Assembly (NCBI RefSeq): GCF_964194025.1 | Contig: NC_134468.1 | Coordinates: 22,196,001-22,260,000, forward strand | Source of the DNA: Convolutriloba macropyga | Lineage: Eukaryota | DNA: 64,000 nucleotides | Direction: 5' to 3' | Shown: piece after piece, positions 39,755-53,125 of the stretch | Numbering within the stretch: the stretch's first letter is position 1 | How the letters are laid out: each line of letters begins with the position of its first letter | Made by a program: the position numbers and the translations under genes | Notes under the pieces: generated by a model | Told to the model about the DNA's origin: nothing | Database searches by the model: none | The model's input: only the letters and a program-made list of their open reading frames with translations

Positions 39755-42038
39755 AAAACATAGCTGGCAGATTGCCAGAAAATAGCCGCAATAGATTCGT
39801 AGATCGGCAGTCTAAAAAAAACAGTAAAAAAGGCAGACTAAAAAAATTCGTCTTTTCATTGAAGGCTGATCTGTTATATTTTGATTAAAAATCTGTATAA
39901 GTTATTGCTGCCTCTGTTAGCTGATCTCAAATAACCTTCATTTAGAGTGATACACACCCATTTGACCTTATCTCTTTGAATTAAAGTAAATAAAAGTCAA
40001 TTTCAAAGTGAGGAAGTCATTTTTTTGAGTGAGGTAAGTCAAGTGTGACCAAAAATTTAATCACGCGCATGAACAAAAAACTCGCTCCACTAAGAGCGAA
40101 AAATGACGTCACACATGCAATTCAGTTGAAATTGCATGAACGAATGAACAAAAAATGGCTGTGACGTCATATGGTCGTAACAAAAATCATGACGACGAAA
40201 TAAAAAAACATAGCAGGACAAGTCCTGACGTACAATTCAAAGAATTTTCATTGAATAAAAAAAACTAGACCTAAAATGGACTATGACTGGATTGGAAAAA
40301 CCATTTAGAAAAAAATCTGATCCAAAAAATTAAAAAAAACAGTAAAAATCAAAGTGAAATTGCCGCATGTGAACAAAAAACCACTAGCGAGAAAGCGAAT
40401 TTTTGTTCAAATACCGTTTTCTCACTCTACTTTAAATTTAGAGAGAAAAAATTTCACGCCGCAAAACCACTCGCTTTTTCGCTCCATTTCCTCTTTCGGC
40501 GTGACCAAAATCACTACTCCACAATTTGACTTCAAAAATCATGAAAATGTGTGAACACATCTTTAAAAAAAACATAGCCGGAAGAATTCCGGAAACGACT
40601 CGAAGTGAAAATCCATTTGAACGCCATCCAACTACTCATCAAACAAAACGTGCCTTCACTTATTTACGATTATCTTGAAAAAAAATCATGAAAAAAAAGT
40701 AAAAACAATAAAATCAAATCTGTTAAAGTATGATAAAAAATCTGATCAAATTTTGTTATAAATTGAGATCCAGAAAAAACTATCTCTGCCAAAATAACTT
40801 CATCAAAACAACTAGTACATACAAAAACCACTTATGTGAATTTTGAAAAAATACTTTAGGCTAAAATTATGAAAAAAAAGCTCTTAAAAACAACTTTCAC
40901 TGAAAAACCGGAAAAAGTTTCTAACTTTTTTAATATTTCAAAAACATATAAATCCAAAGAAAAATTCCCTTCAGCCAATTGGGTATCCAAATGCTCGCAA
41001 AACAATAGGCAAGTCATAATAGGCAAAGAAAATTAGCTAAAAAAGGAAAAAAAAACGAAAAACTGCAAAAAAAAATAGTTCCAAATTTCGCCATTTTTTT
41101 TGTCATATTTCTCAACAAAAAATGATTCTTACCCACAAAACTGTAACCAATTAATACCATGAAATTGCTCAAGTAGAAGGGGTTTCTTCAATACCCATTT
41201 GAGCCAGTAAAAGAAAATAATCGTCAAAAAAACGCAAAAAATTAGCCCAAAAATCAGCAAAATACATTAAAAACCTCCGACTTATCATAAAATTCATATT
41301 AATTTCCAGAAACCTTCAAACCACTACCGAAACCAGCCTAAAATTAAGACAAAATCATAAACAAACCTCTAAACCCAAAAAAATGGAAAAAAAACTGCTT
41401 TAAAATGCCGCACGTGAACAAAAAAATTTCGCTCGCTTAGACAAAATTTTTTCACACATTAATTTCTCGCTCTCAAAAACAGCGGTATGAACAAAAACCA
41501 CTCGCTTTTTGCTCCGCTCTTCACTTTTGTTCAGCGCCAAAATCACTCCAAATTTTTTCACGCGTTTCATTTCCCGCTTCAAAAATCACAAATCAAATCA
41601 AATACAAATCAAAGAATTTTCATTGACTAAACAGAAAACTAGACCTAGAACGGACTATGAATGGTTTGGAAAAACCATTTAGAAAAAAATCCGATCCAAA
41701 AAATTGAAAAAACAGTAAAAATCAAAGTGAAATTGCCGCATGTGAACAAAAAACCACTACCGATAAAGCGAATTTTTGTTCAAACACCGTATTCTCACTC
41801 TACTTTAAAATTAGAGCGAAAAAATTTCACGCCGCAAAACCACTCGCTTTTTGGCTCCATTTCCGGTTTCGGCGTGACCAAAATCACTACTCCAATTTGA
41901 CTTCAAAAATCATGAAAATGTGTGAACAGACCTTAAAAAAAAAAGACAGCGCCCCAATACAATTCAAATTCTTTGAATTGTAAAAAACCAAGAGAAGGCC
42001 CATAATAGCCCCAGCTATCGCTGTGCGGCTATTAAAAA
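39755..42038 (-). mobile_element. Family B containing D (40203-41987) with C (40565-~41590, 5' end lost) and a duplicated D body
   Basis: Intact B hairpin CTGGCAGATTGCCAG + AATAGCCGC; D hairpin CAGGACAAGTCCTG; C hairpin CCGGAAGAATTCCGG; ~40231-40570 repeated at ~41603-41944. Confidence 0.85.
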
Positions 42039-42699
42039 TGATAAAACCGAGCTCCAGGATAATTTTTTTTCTCTCCAAATGCTATTGGAACAATTTCTTG
42101 ATCATTATTTTACGAAAAGAGAAGTGATACAAAGACAAAAGATTAGTTGCATCAACAATCAGCTAAAACAGAAGCTGCAAAAAAAGCGGACTCTGAGAGC
42201 AGAATATAAAACTTAAAATGGCCTCGACTATGCGTAGCTATAACAACAACAACGAGAAAGAGTAAAAAGCTAACAAAGACAAAAATCCGGCAGTAATATA
42301 GGAAACAAATTGAGTTCAATGCATCATAGTCGAACCGTTGTTTTTCTTCAAGTAGTAACTGAATTAATTAGCAAAGACTACCGAAAAAGTCCTAGTTAGC
42401 GATGAAATCCTTTTAATGAATTCTTTTGGTACAATTGGAGAAAACTCAGAACAACCACAGAAGTTGAAAAAAACCTCATAAAATCTCTGTTTCTATGCAA
42501 AACAAGATCCATGGAAGAGTATAATTGAATATTGCACACTAAAAAATACAGTGAAGACTATTTGAGTAATAACTACGTTTTTTTAAAAAATAGCTTTTGC
42601 TCTGAGCCCTTCTGTCTGTGAACTTTTCCATAAACGTTTTAGTGACATTTTTTCCGAACTGCTTCAAAATATCAGAGCTGATACCACTACATAAGAATG

Positions 42700-43440
42700 G
42701 CTTATTATCCGAACCGACCATTATCGCGCCATTTCAATTTAATCAACAATTGGAAAAGTTTTAGAAAGACTGCTGATCAACCCAATGGTTAATAATTTTG
42801 ACCACGTCAAACTTTTAATGCAAAACAATTTGGTGTTAGACAAAATGAAGAGCAGCTGAAGCAATCAAAACTTTGATAGAGAGTATATTATTATCAACAT
42901 CTAAATTGGAAAATACTGTATGCACTTTTCGTGATCCAAAAAGGATTTGAAAGGGTATAGAAAAACTTTATTGCAGAACTGTCATAAATATCGATTTACA
43001 GGTCCAATCTAAAAAATTCCTGAATCCTAATTCGAGGGTCGTAAACAATAAGTAGACGCTGGAAACATTTTTCCAAGCTAGCAAAAACTAAATACGGCGT
43101 TCAACCAGGTTCAGCAATTGGCCCTTCTATGATTTTAATTTATATCAAAGACCTGATACTCAGCAGTCCCGAAAAAGAAAAATTAATTTAGCCGACGAAG
43201 GAGCAGTTAGAAAAACCAGCGCTAAAACAATTAAGCAAGATCATCAAAATTCTTTGAGAGAAACAGTGAAGTGGCTAGAGGCAAATAAACTCAATTTAAA
43301 CACAAAAACAAACAACTCAATTATCACTTCGTAAAACAACCAAAAACAAGTTTAACCTTTCTTTCAATTGAACACGATCGGTTTACAAAACGTAAATTTA
43401 AGTAACTAGGAGTAACCATTGACAATAAACTGAAAACGAA
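42700..43440 (+). mobile_element. Decayed non-LTR (CR1/L2/Jockey-like) reverse transcriptase fragment
   Basis: Broken motifs YRAIS..IGKVLERLL, QFG, GVQPGSAIGP..LIYIKDL, KWLEANKLNLN, K*LGVTIDNKL. Confidence 0.75.
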
Positions 43441-43485
43441 AAAAGTTGAAAACAGTGTAATTCTGGAGTGTCTTTTGCGAGCTAC

Positions 43486-44546
43486 AAACATTGCCGTCAG
43501 ATTGCCAGAAAATAGCCACCGTTGACGTGCTAGACACACATCAAGATTGAAACAGAATAAAAGAGAAATTGACAAAAAAAAATTCCTAAGTTTCAAAAAT
43601 TGCTCTAATTCAGTGTGCAGTTTTAGTTAGATTCTAAACATAAACTTACTTCAGCTTCTTATCTGAAGGGTATTAAGCTTAATACTAATGTAAGCTAGCA
43701 ATCGCTCTAATGAACTTTGATATCCTAATTCAAAAAGACTTAATGACCGGGCATTATCGGTTTATCCGGTTTCTTTTGATTTTGCTTTTTTGACATTGAC
43801 AGTATTCACTAAATTAGGTAATTCAATGCTTGAAAGAATTTAAAATCCATTCAGTTGGAACAATGAGTGAAGTATGTCAGAAGTCAAACGTGATAATAGT
43901 GACTTATGTAAAACGAAAAACGCGATCAAAAGGTAAAGCGAATTAAAAAACATGGCAGGACAAGTCCTAACATACAGTTCGAAGAATTTTCATTGACTAA
44001 ACAAAAAACTAGAACTAGAACGAACTAAGGGTGAATTGGGAAAAACTATTTCTAAAACAAATTCAGATAAAAAAACAGAGAATTGATGTCAAAATGCCGC
44101 ATCTGAACAAAAAACAAGTAGCGAGAAATGAAAATTTAGTTCAAACAAAAAACTAGGCCTAGAATGAAAAATGGATGCATTGGTAAAACCATTTGGAAAA
44201 AAAATCCTATCCAAAAAACCGAAAAACAGAAAATCAGAGTGAAATTGCCGCATGTGAACAAAAAAACCACTAGTGAGAGAACGAATTTTTGTTCAAACAC
44301 CGTTTTCTCACTACTTTAAAATTAGAGCGAAAAGAAATCACGCCGCAAAACCACTCGCTTTTTCGCTCCACTTCTTGTTTCGGCGTGACAAAAATCACTA
44401 CTCCAAATTGACTTCAAAAATCATGAAAATGTGTCAACAGATCTTAAAAAAAGATAGAGCCCCAATATAATTCAAATTCTTTGAATTGTAAAAAGGAGAG
44501 CGCCCAAATAATAGCCGTTTGAGAGGCTGATGGCGGCTATTAAAAA
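43486..44546 (-). mobile_element. Family B containing D (43946-44494)
   Basis: Same terminal motifs as the other B(D) copies, more diverged. Confidence 0.75.
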
Positions 44547-45618
44547 TGACTAATCAAAAATAGATAAGTCGGGTTATAATTCAGGTCAAACCGGTTTTAG
44601 AAAATAGGATCCTTAGATATGGGATTGCAAATAGAACAGCAATGCAAAAAATAGACTGAAGACTCAATAGAATCAGCCTACCAATTTTCTAAAAAGAACT
44701 ACGACTCAATATCACACCAACAAGAGAAATACAAGATCGGTTCATCATTACGAACATTTCAAACTGCTACTAAAAACCTTATGCAACGAAACATCAATTA
44801 TACAGTCCCGTATTTGTCATTGATCAAATTAATCATTGTCATTAATTGAAATTTTAACGTAACTTCCGAGACATGGAAACTGCAAACACAATCGGCAGTG
44901 ATCACAAGTTTTTGAAGAATGGTATTGTGAAGAAAACTTTTAAACCGCTGTTTTCCGTTTGTATCAGTTTTTAATTGACATAACAATTTACATACCCCAG
45001 CTGAATAGGCTTGAACAGCTAAATAACTATTTTCGCGTTAATAATTATCTAGTAACACTTATCTAAGGCTTGAAATATTGTTTCGTGTGAAATGGTTGAA
45101 CTTATGCCTAAAAAAATTTCTTTGTTTTCGTTATTTCTAAGTTTTGTTTCCTATGAAACTAATACCAAGAATTTTTTCGGTATTTTGAAGTTGCGTAATT
45201 CATTCATTCTTTTATTGAGGAAAAAAATAGCTTCGAGTCTGTCCTCCTCCTTAGAGACACTTACAAACAAATCAGTAGACCTAATAGTGTTCGCGCTGGT
45301 GCAGTTATGATTATTTTGTTGTTGAAATGTGAAGTTTTTATCTACTGATTAGATATTATTATTATTATTTCTTGATACTTCTGTAATCAACGAAATAGTC
45401 CACCTGAAATTTAACGGTGAGATACCGAGGAACCATCAAAATTATCCGTCAAAATTTCCTAAAGAGAGCAGACAAGAACTTAATTGTGTCCCCTTTTCGA
45501 CAGAGGTCCTATTTTTTGACGATCATAAAAATGGCAGAAACTGTGAAAAAACTATTACGTGAGAAATATACTACGCGAAAAAGAGCAGTATTTGAAAATG
45601 AATTTGATTTCAACTTAC

Positions 45619-45804
45619 TTCAAATTGTTCGAATTGTCTTAGGTCCCACATAGAAGATGACTTATCGGAGGAGGTCATGATACCATTGGCATCTGAGGAA
45701 CTGGTTTGGCAGAAATTGGATAAATCTCGACACGATGCCGATAGAGTCTGTTTCCAGAAACTCCGCATTTTCTCGCGCTTCGCGATTCGATTCATTGCTG
45801 ACAT
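45619..45804 (-). CDS. Orphan SPKK-repeat gene, first coding exon (MSAMNRIAKREKMRSFWKQ...FEQFE)
   Basis: ATG at 45804, donor GAA|gtaagt (phase 0) matching the acceptor at 36407; candidate 67-nt 5'UTR intron 45872-45806 (GTGAGT...ATAG). Confidence 0.65.
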
Positions 45805-46290
45805 TCTATTGCACATACACACTTGAGTATTGCTCGAAAATAGGTTACCATAAACCAGCACAAAACACTCACTTTTCACCGTTTAGGCAAACTGCGCAAA
45901 ATTGTTTCTGCTTCGTCTCGCATAATCTTTTATTTACATATTTACATCTGAAAGCAGGGTACCGCGTATGTTAAAACGTAAGCAGCGTATATATTGTCAT
46001 ATCAACGTGTTGGTAAATGTAAGAACAACCTTTCAACTTAAGCGTAGTAAACAGGTGGTCTGATCAGCTAAGCGTTAAATAAATGTTAGTAACAGTAATT
46101 GATATGCAAAATCCAAACATCACAGCGAGGTCCATTTTATGGCATCATCAATAAAATAAACCAAATTCAAACATTGAAAAACGTAGGAAACTATATTTAC
46201 AGAATAGAATAATTTGACCAGTTCAAATTGATTGCATTTAATAATTTGCGAAAAAGCACGTCTAAACTAGAGGTTTTTAATATCACGCAT

Positions 46291-48031
46291 TTAAATTTCA
46301 GGAAAACTCAGAATGTTGAAGAAAGAGTCATCTTTTGCGTTTTCAAAGTTCAAGCGCCGAGTGGGTACTTGTTGCAGCAACTGAAAAAGTAAGTTCTGTA
46401 GACTGGGCGAATCAAATTCAGAGGGTAAATCAAATTTATCCACTTCTTCAATGCTGTAGCTCGGGTAATCTTCAACAAACAGGCGGCCCGTGATCAATGT
46501 ATACAACACGGCTCCTAAGCTCCACAAATCGCTTTTTGAGTTCGGCTTCATAAAAATAACGTCGTCTAATAGTTCGGGTGCAATAAAGTTCACACAGTAC
46601 CGATCAGAAAGCCATTTTTGGTCAATTTCAACAGAATCGTATAACCATGAAAAACAATGCTTGAACTTAATATTTCCATTGCGATGCAAAAATATATCAC
46701 GCGGTGTAAGACAACCCCAAAAAATTCCTAAAGAATGAATTTCGTTCAGATATTGCACCATCTGTGCAATCCATTTTTGCAGTAGTCTAACTGGGATAGT
46801 GTACATGTTCATAGACCGTCTCTTGTTCCTTGTATTATTGTGTATAGCTGCGTTATAAGCCACAAAAGATTCAACAAAATTAGCGGATGAAACGACAGGC
46901 CGAACTGGCGCTTTCCGCGTAGGAGTCTGAGATTTGCGAAGCTCTTCTTCGGTCAACGTAAGGGCGAAGTCTGAGTTGTCCGAATCGGGTTCCGCGAATA
47001 ACAATTCGGCAAGCGATTTCTCCGATTTTTCAAAGGAGCTTTCTAAACTACTTGGAGCACGTGGTTCAAATTGGCTCAGATCTGTGATTGTATTAGATGA
47101 GTGATCTCTATGAAAACTGCCTGTTTCGCAGCGCGACCTCTGCTCATTTACTTCACTACTTTGCGAGGTATCTTGATATGTTGAAACAGGAATTTCATTC
47201 GTTTCTGAGAAGTTATGACTAGGTTGCATTCTTGAAATTAGAAGATCCCCAACTATGTATTCTAGGCAGAACACATAAGCATGGGGCAATTCATACACGC
47301 CACAAATATTTGAGGTAGACTCCATTTGGGGAGGGAAGTTTTTAAAACTCCAATTTTCGTTGAATGATTTCGGGAGCAACTTGAGAGCATATTTTGCTCC
47401 TAGATCGTCAAAAACAACCATGCTTTTGTTAAGTAACTTGAAAACGCGGAAAGTATTCAACTCATTGGACGGTCGAACTAAGTGGTCGAAATTAGTATTG
47501 GAACTGAAATAGCCTTCACTCCAAACCTTTTCGTCAGAATAAAAAGGCTGAATTGAGTTAAGTAAAATCTGTGATGCGATCGTTATGTACTCGGTAACTT
47601 TCTCGCTAACACAAGCTCGCTTGTCGGAATCTTTTTCGGTTATGACTCCCTTCAGCAGAATCTCTATGCAGCTTTTGTAAGCATAGAACGCATTTTCCAG
47701 TTCTTTACTTTCTTCGTATTCACAGGCAACTTTCACATAATGAGCAGCTTGGGCTAAGTATGAACACTTTGGGTAGAAAGCGTTACCGTCATGTACCTCT
47801 AAGAGGTCGGTCAGTAATAAGAGGTCATCTCTGCTCATTTTCCCTTTGCTCTCAGAGGCTAAGTCTCTATTGAGAGTGGTAGCTTCTACTAAGGCAGCTT
47901 GCAGCCAGTCTCTGGCAAGTACTTTGTTGGCAAACAAGAGTTTCGGGTCGTCTGGATCCGTAGACCAGTCCAAACTGTCAACATTTGTGCTGAGTGAGGA
48001 CGTTTCTGATGATAAATCTCCATAAGATGAG
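46291..48031 (-). CDS. RPS6KC1: RPS6KC1-like protein, exon 2: MIT domain and split pseudokinase
   Basis: MIT-like YLAQAA...AFYAYKSCIEILLKGVITEKD...KVTEYI; kinase N-lobe YALK; C-lobe FIAPE and SDLWSLGAVLYTLITG; acceptor gttacag, phase 2. Confidence 0.88.
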
Positions 48032-48539
48032 CTGTAACAATCCAAATAGTTATATGAAAATCAGAGCATTTTCAATCATTGGAAGCATTTAAAATTCGTT
48101 AGGAGAATGACTTTCTATAATGCAAAAAAACCGGAAAAATTCTAGGAAATTTTGAATTTCATTTTTCGAAACGTAATTACATTTGACACTCATCAATAAA
48201 ACATCAATTGGAACTTTAGAAATCATTCAAACCGTGTCAAAGAACTATTAATTGATATCAAAGCTGCAAATGGTTCCCCAAACAGACCGAGAGACACGTA
48301 AATGGATACACATCACTGCAATTGACAGAAATTCTTCAGCACACATTTAAATCTTCTATTTGTCTCGACACCATTTTTATCAAATTTAGAACGACCAAGG
48401 GCGGCGACTTCATCAAGTTGTCAGCTAGTATTCAAAGAAGTAAAACAATAAAAACAAAATGAGAAAATGTTGGAAATGCCATTTTTTAAAACAATTCGTG
48501 TAAAATTACAGAACTTGAAAAAGGTTCTTGCTCTTGAGA

Positions 48540-48800
48540 GATAAGGTGGCTGCTTTTCCAGACTTCTCACAAGCCTTTGACTCAGTTGATTGCGTTATTT
48601 TAATTCACTGATTAGATAAATTAGGTATTGCTGAAAAGACACCAATATAAACTGAAAGCTTTGTTTTGAAAAGATCACAAAGAAGTATAGTTAATAACGT
48701 TGCTTGTGATCATTTTATAATGAGGAGGCAGTCTTTTGTCTCGCACTCTTGAGCCTCTACATAAATATCCTGCAACGTACCCTTTCCAATACGGTATTCA
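48540..48800 (+). mobile_element. Decayed LINE reverse transcriptase fragment
   Basis: DFSQAFDSVDCVILIH*LDKLGI and LLSLYIN motifs. Confidence 0.6.
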
Positions 48801-49088
48801 TAAGCATATCCTCTACTTTGATTCACCTAGCACGGAGTGTAAGCGTTTATTGGAATAACAACAGATGGAAGACGTTTCCTCAATGTTCACTTTACTTTCA
48901 CAGAAGCATGCTATTTGATGTTCGCGCCTTTTGAAAAAAAATTCAGAACTGTTCTCGTTATATTTGATGGGATGGTTACGAAAAGCGTAGTCAAGTTCTA
49001 TTCCGTTCGAATTTTTTTTCTCAGGCTCTGAGAAAATTGTCAGTGGAACAAAAATTTGCTGCGCGCTTCGCAACGATCGCAGCAATAT

Positions 49089-49280
49089 AAACATAGCTGG
49101 AAGATTGCCAGAAAATAACTGCAACAGCTTCGTAGATCCACATTCTCAAAAAAATAGTAAAAAACTCAGAGCGATTTGTTTTCATTAAAAGCTGAGATTT
49201 TATATTTTGATTAACAATCTACAAAACTTATAGCCGCTTCTACTAGTTGCTCTTAATTAACGCGTTTTGAAGTTACACAA
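49089..49280 (-). mobile_element. Family B 3'-end fragment
   Basis: aaacatagctggaagattgccagaaaataactgc terminus, then truncated. Confidence 0.7.
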
Positions 49281-50575
49281 GCTGCTTAAGCTTTTATCAA
49301 AAATGTGTTCCGGCTAAGTTTAAAACCTGTCGCAATATCATCATTGAATTCCACGTCTAGCCAGTTAGTTGATCACATTAACATTTCAAAAATTTGCGAC
49401 GGAAGAGAACTCTTTCAAAAATGGGATTTTAACCTGATAAGTTAACAAAATCACTATACAAAGTAACAAAAAAACGGTTACCAACTATCGTTTCACAGAT
49501 TATTCCTTCTTCTGAACTCAAAAAAGTGGAACAATTGTCTTTCTAAGAATAGGTCCAAGAAAATACCCTTTTACCAGCTGTATGACAATCCAAGAAAAGC
49601 TGGATATTAATGACACGAAATTCAAGAGGAAAGCATCAGCAAGCAATAATAGATCTTTCAAAAAAGAAAGATTTTGTAACGTGGAGTTATTTTCTCGATA
49701 TTTGGTCTGCTTTTTCAACAGTTCAGTTTTTGGAAAAAAGAAAAAGCCGGAATGAGATTTACCAAGGTGGAAACCAACAAAAATTATAGACAAGCCAAGC
49801 CTCGCAAAAATGGTTTGAAAAAATGCCAACAACGGGCAACTATTTTGTCAGAATTTAATAGTTGCACATTACATTGATATGTAAACAACGACATCCTACT
49901 CATACTCCCCTTAAAACGGATAAACACAAAACGGATAAACAAAAAACATTGCTACTTGTTCAATGACCTTCGCTCAAAGAGCAGATCTTATGATGACTCC
50001 TCAATATTCCGATTACAAATAAGGACATTATCTATACTCTTTTGCTAAAAGATAGGTTGTATCTCAGGTCAAATCAATCATCGACTTATGAAAATAGATC
50101 CTAGCTCAGATTTTCCTCATGTTACTGACATTTACAAGGTCCCACCAAACAACCTGCAATGCTAACGCAATTACCTCGTGTTTTTGGATCTGTATTATTT
50201 TTGGATCTGAACTTTTTCGCATAAGGATATCTTGTGAGAGTACCTCTTGTTCAATTAGCAAAACCTCTTGTTCAATTGCAAAAGTAAAATTTTTAATTAA
50301 TCAGCCGAATCACTGATTTTAATCAATTCTTTTGAAAATTTGAATGCAACCTTAGCACAGTAAAACCTCTGGGACATCAATTATCACCCTCAAAACATCA
50401 CAAGCATTAGCAAAATAAAATCAGAGCCCAACAAGTATCATTGGCATAAAATTAAAACTGGCATTCTGCAGTTCAAAAAGAATTTTAAGATGCAACAGAA
50501 ATCACAAGGACAAAAAGCCACGTCAAACAGACTCCAATTTATGTTGTTCCCGATATCAGGAAACTATCAACAATC

Positions 50576-50970
50576 AAAACATTGACAACCAAATTTGGGC
50601 GAACTGCTCCCAAATTACGGCAAGCGGATGGTTTCGCCAACAACTAACTGGGACTTAGGGATGCTAGCATTGGTGGGGGGAGGGTGGAAAGAGGGAGTGG
50701 TTGGAAGGAGTCAAACTCAACCCTTAAGTACCGCCATTAACACGCGATTAATTTATCTCCTCAAAACATTTTTGGTGAATCGCATACCTGGCAACTAGTA
50801 AGGTGTAAGCATTTAAGAGAGCTGCTCGGCTACTCAATGCCTTTAAGCTTTACCTGTCTATTCCATTTTTGAAGACAAAAAGGCGTCAGAAGAGAACTCC
50901 CTCAAGCAAAAATGCTCATAGGAATGCAGGGCTAATATAATTTCTACCAACTTCTTTCGAGAGCTGCAGT
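50576..50970 (-). mobile_element. Family E element, degenerate
   Basis: G-rich tract ending gagtcaaactc and E core gctttacctgtctattcc. Confidence 0.45.
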
Positions 50971-51423
50971 AAGCGAACAATTCTAAATTGAAAAACAGTA
51001 ACTTGACGTTGTTTAAAAATTTAGCATTCATTGGAAGCTGATTATTTCAAGGCAGAGAACGGACACCACTAATCTGCGTAAACTCATTTCTAACAGTGCA
51101 TCCCGAACCTCTGCAAAGCGCCAACAAGTGAATCATAATTCTTGATTTATCTGGTACACAAACCAGTAATATCGGCAAAATATTGGAAAATGATAATGGT
51201 AATTCGATGAGCATTTTCAGAAGTGACAGATAGCAAGAACACAAGGCGACAAACCTGGTCCTAGAGGTACACCATTTTATAGTCTATTTACTGGGAAAAC
51301 TATCAACAATCAAAACAAAAAGCATTTAGAGCTCAGATAAATATTTAAAAAAAACATAGAATATCAACTTTGTAACCCAAAGCAGTCGGTCTGTCGGGCA
51401 ATACTAACGGCAGAGAGTTCAAA

Positions 51424-52300
51424 AATTGCTTTAAACATTCTTCTTAGGGCACAGGTACCTAACAATGGCATCAAAACTCAATGTTCGTCTCAGAAAAGCA
51501 TTTAAATTTTGGGAGTGATTATTTTCTGCTAAATAATCACTGCTTCCTTGCATAGGAAACCATTGCTTTATCATAGAAACTCTGAAAACCAAAACATACA
51601 AAGTTCATAAGGTACGCGGTGCTCATCAACAAGCAAAACCTCATTAAATTTGTATTTGCAATAAAACCATTAAAAAGCGGCCGGAAAAGCTAATTCATTA
51701 TAAACCAGAAAAAGTTATTGTTTCATTGAATCTTTAGATTCTAATTTTTGACCCCACCTCATTTGCCCACCTCAACAACAAGAAAAAGTTTTTTGTACCA
51801 ATAATCTTTAGATTTTGAATTTGACCTCACCTCATTTTTGTTGACTTCTAATTTATCAGTCAATTTTCTTGCAGTCAACAAAAATGAGGTGAGGTCAAAT
51901 TTAAAATCTAAAAATTATTGGTACAAAAAACAACATTTTCTTGTTGTTAAGGTGGGCAAATGAGGTGGAGTCAAAAATTAGAATCCAAAGATTCAATGGC
52001 ACAAATAACATTTTCTTGTTTATAATGTATTAGCTTTTCCTGCCGTTTTTTATGGTTAAATTGCAAATACATACTTAATAATGAGGTTTCGTGTTGATAA
52101 GGACTGCGTATCTTATGGACTTTTAATGTTTTTGCTTCCAGAATTTCTATGATAAAGCAATGTTTTCATATGCAAGGAAGCAGTGATTATTTAGCAGAAA
52201 ATAATCACTCCCAAAATTTAAATGCTTTTCTGAGACGAAATTTGAGATTTTGGTGCCATTGTTAGGTATCTAAGCCCTAAGAACAATGTTTAAAGAAATT
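51424..52300. repeat. Long palindrome / fold-back: ~420-bp arms, 26-nt loop
   Basis: 51424-51846 is the imperfect reverse complement of 51873-52300. Confidence 0.95.
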
Positions 52301-53125
52301 ACAACAAACAAAGTAATATACTTCTAGGCACATTTCCCAAATTGCGCAAAACTTTTAGTTTTAGAGTCCACCAATGAGATGTTTGTGGTGGTCCAAAACA
52401 TACTTTGCCAAACGGCAACTCTTTGCAAGGAGATGCATTTAAGAATTTAGAAGACTTCATAAGTACAAGACAGATCACAAATATTTTACTGAATTCTTCA
52501 TAACATTATAAAAACACAGTAATTTTTATTGATATTTGTTGACTTCTGGACACTATAGCTATTAGTTTAACTGTAGCTATTTGCTATGGATATTTACTAA
52601 CATTTTGTAACTTAAAGAGGTGGAAATTAAAGTTCAACAAATTGCACCAAGCCCGGAAAATTGTTTCACACCACTAATCCCTAACACTACAACCTTAAAC
52701 TTGAAGAATTGTTACCAGTTTACATGAAAATCAAGTAGTTTCCCTTGTGTAATTTTAAGGCAAATGCAAAATCTCATTCAAGATTCTTCTTTACTGTAAA
52801 GAGTTGGAGTTTATTTTTCTCTCATTGGGATATCTGTTGTTGGTATTGAAGTTTACGCCGACGTCAGACGTAGCCAAGATCACGAAGAAGACGGCTTTTG
52901 TTTATATTGACAATGTTGTTCCATGTTAATTTGTTTGCGACTATGAGCCAAAGATCTCACTTTCATGATGGTGACTTCAAAATGTGCATTCAAGCTTTGC
53001 AATAGAAAAATTAGTTTCGCTACAATCGAGTCTGCTTCGATTAATATTACACGAATTTGTAACCTCTTCTACGGTAGCATTTTAATTATCTAGCCCAATA
53101 GGGAAGCAAAACTGTGGCAAGTTGC

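Noticed and set aside
24770-44470. Recurrent similar short ORFs (24770, 40354, 41661, 44273) as a gene family
   Set aside because: They are the non-coding body of family D read in different frames, and the frame is not conserved.
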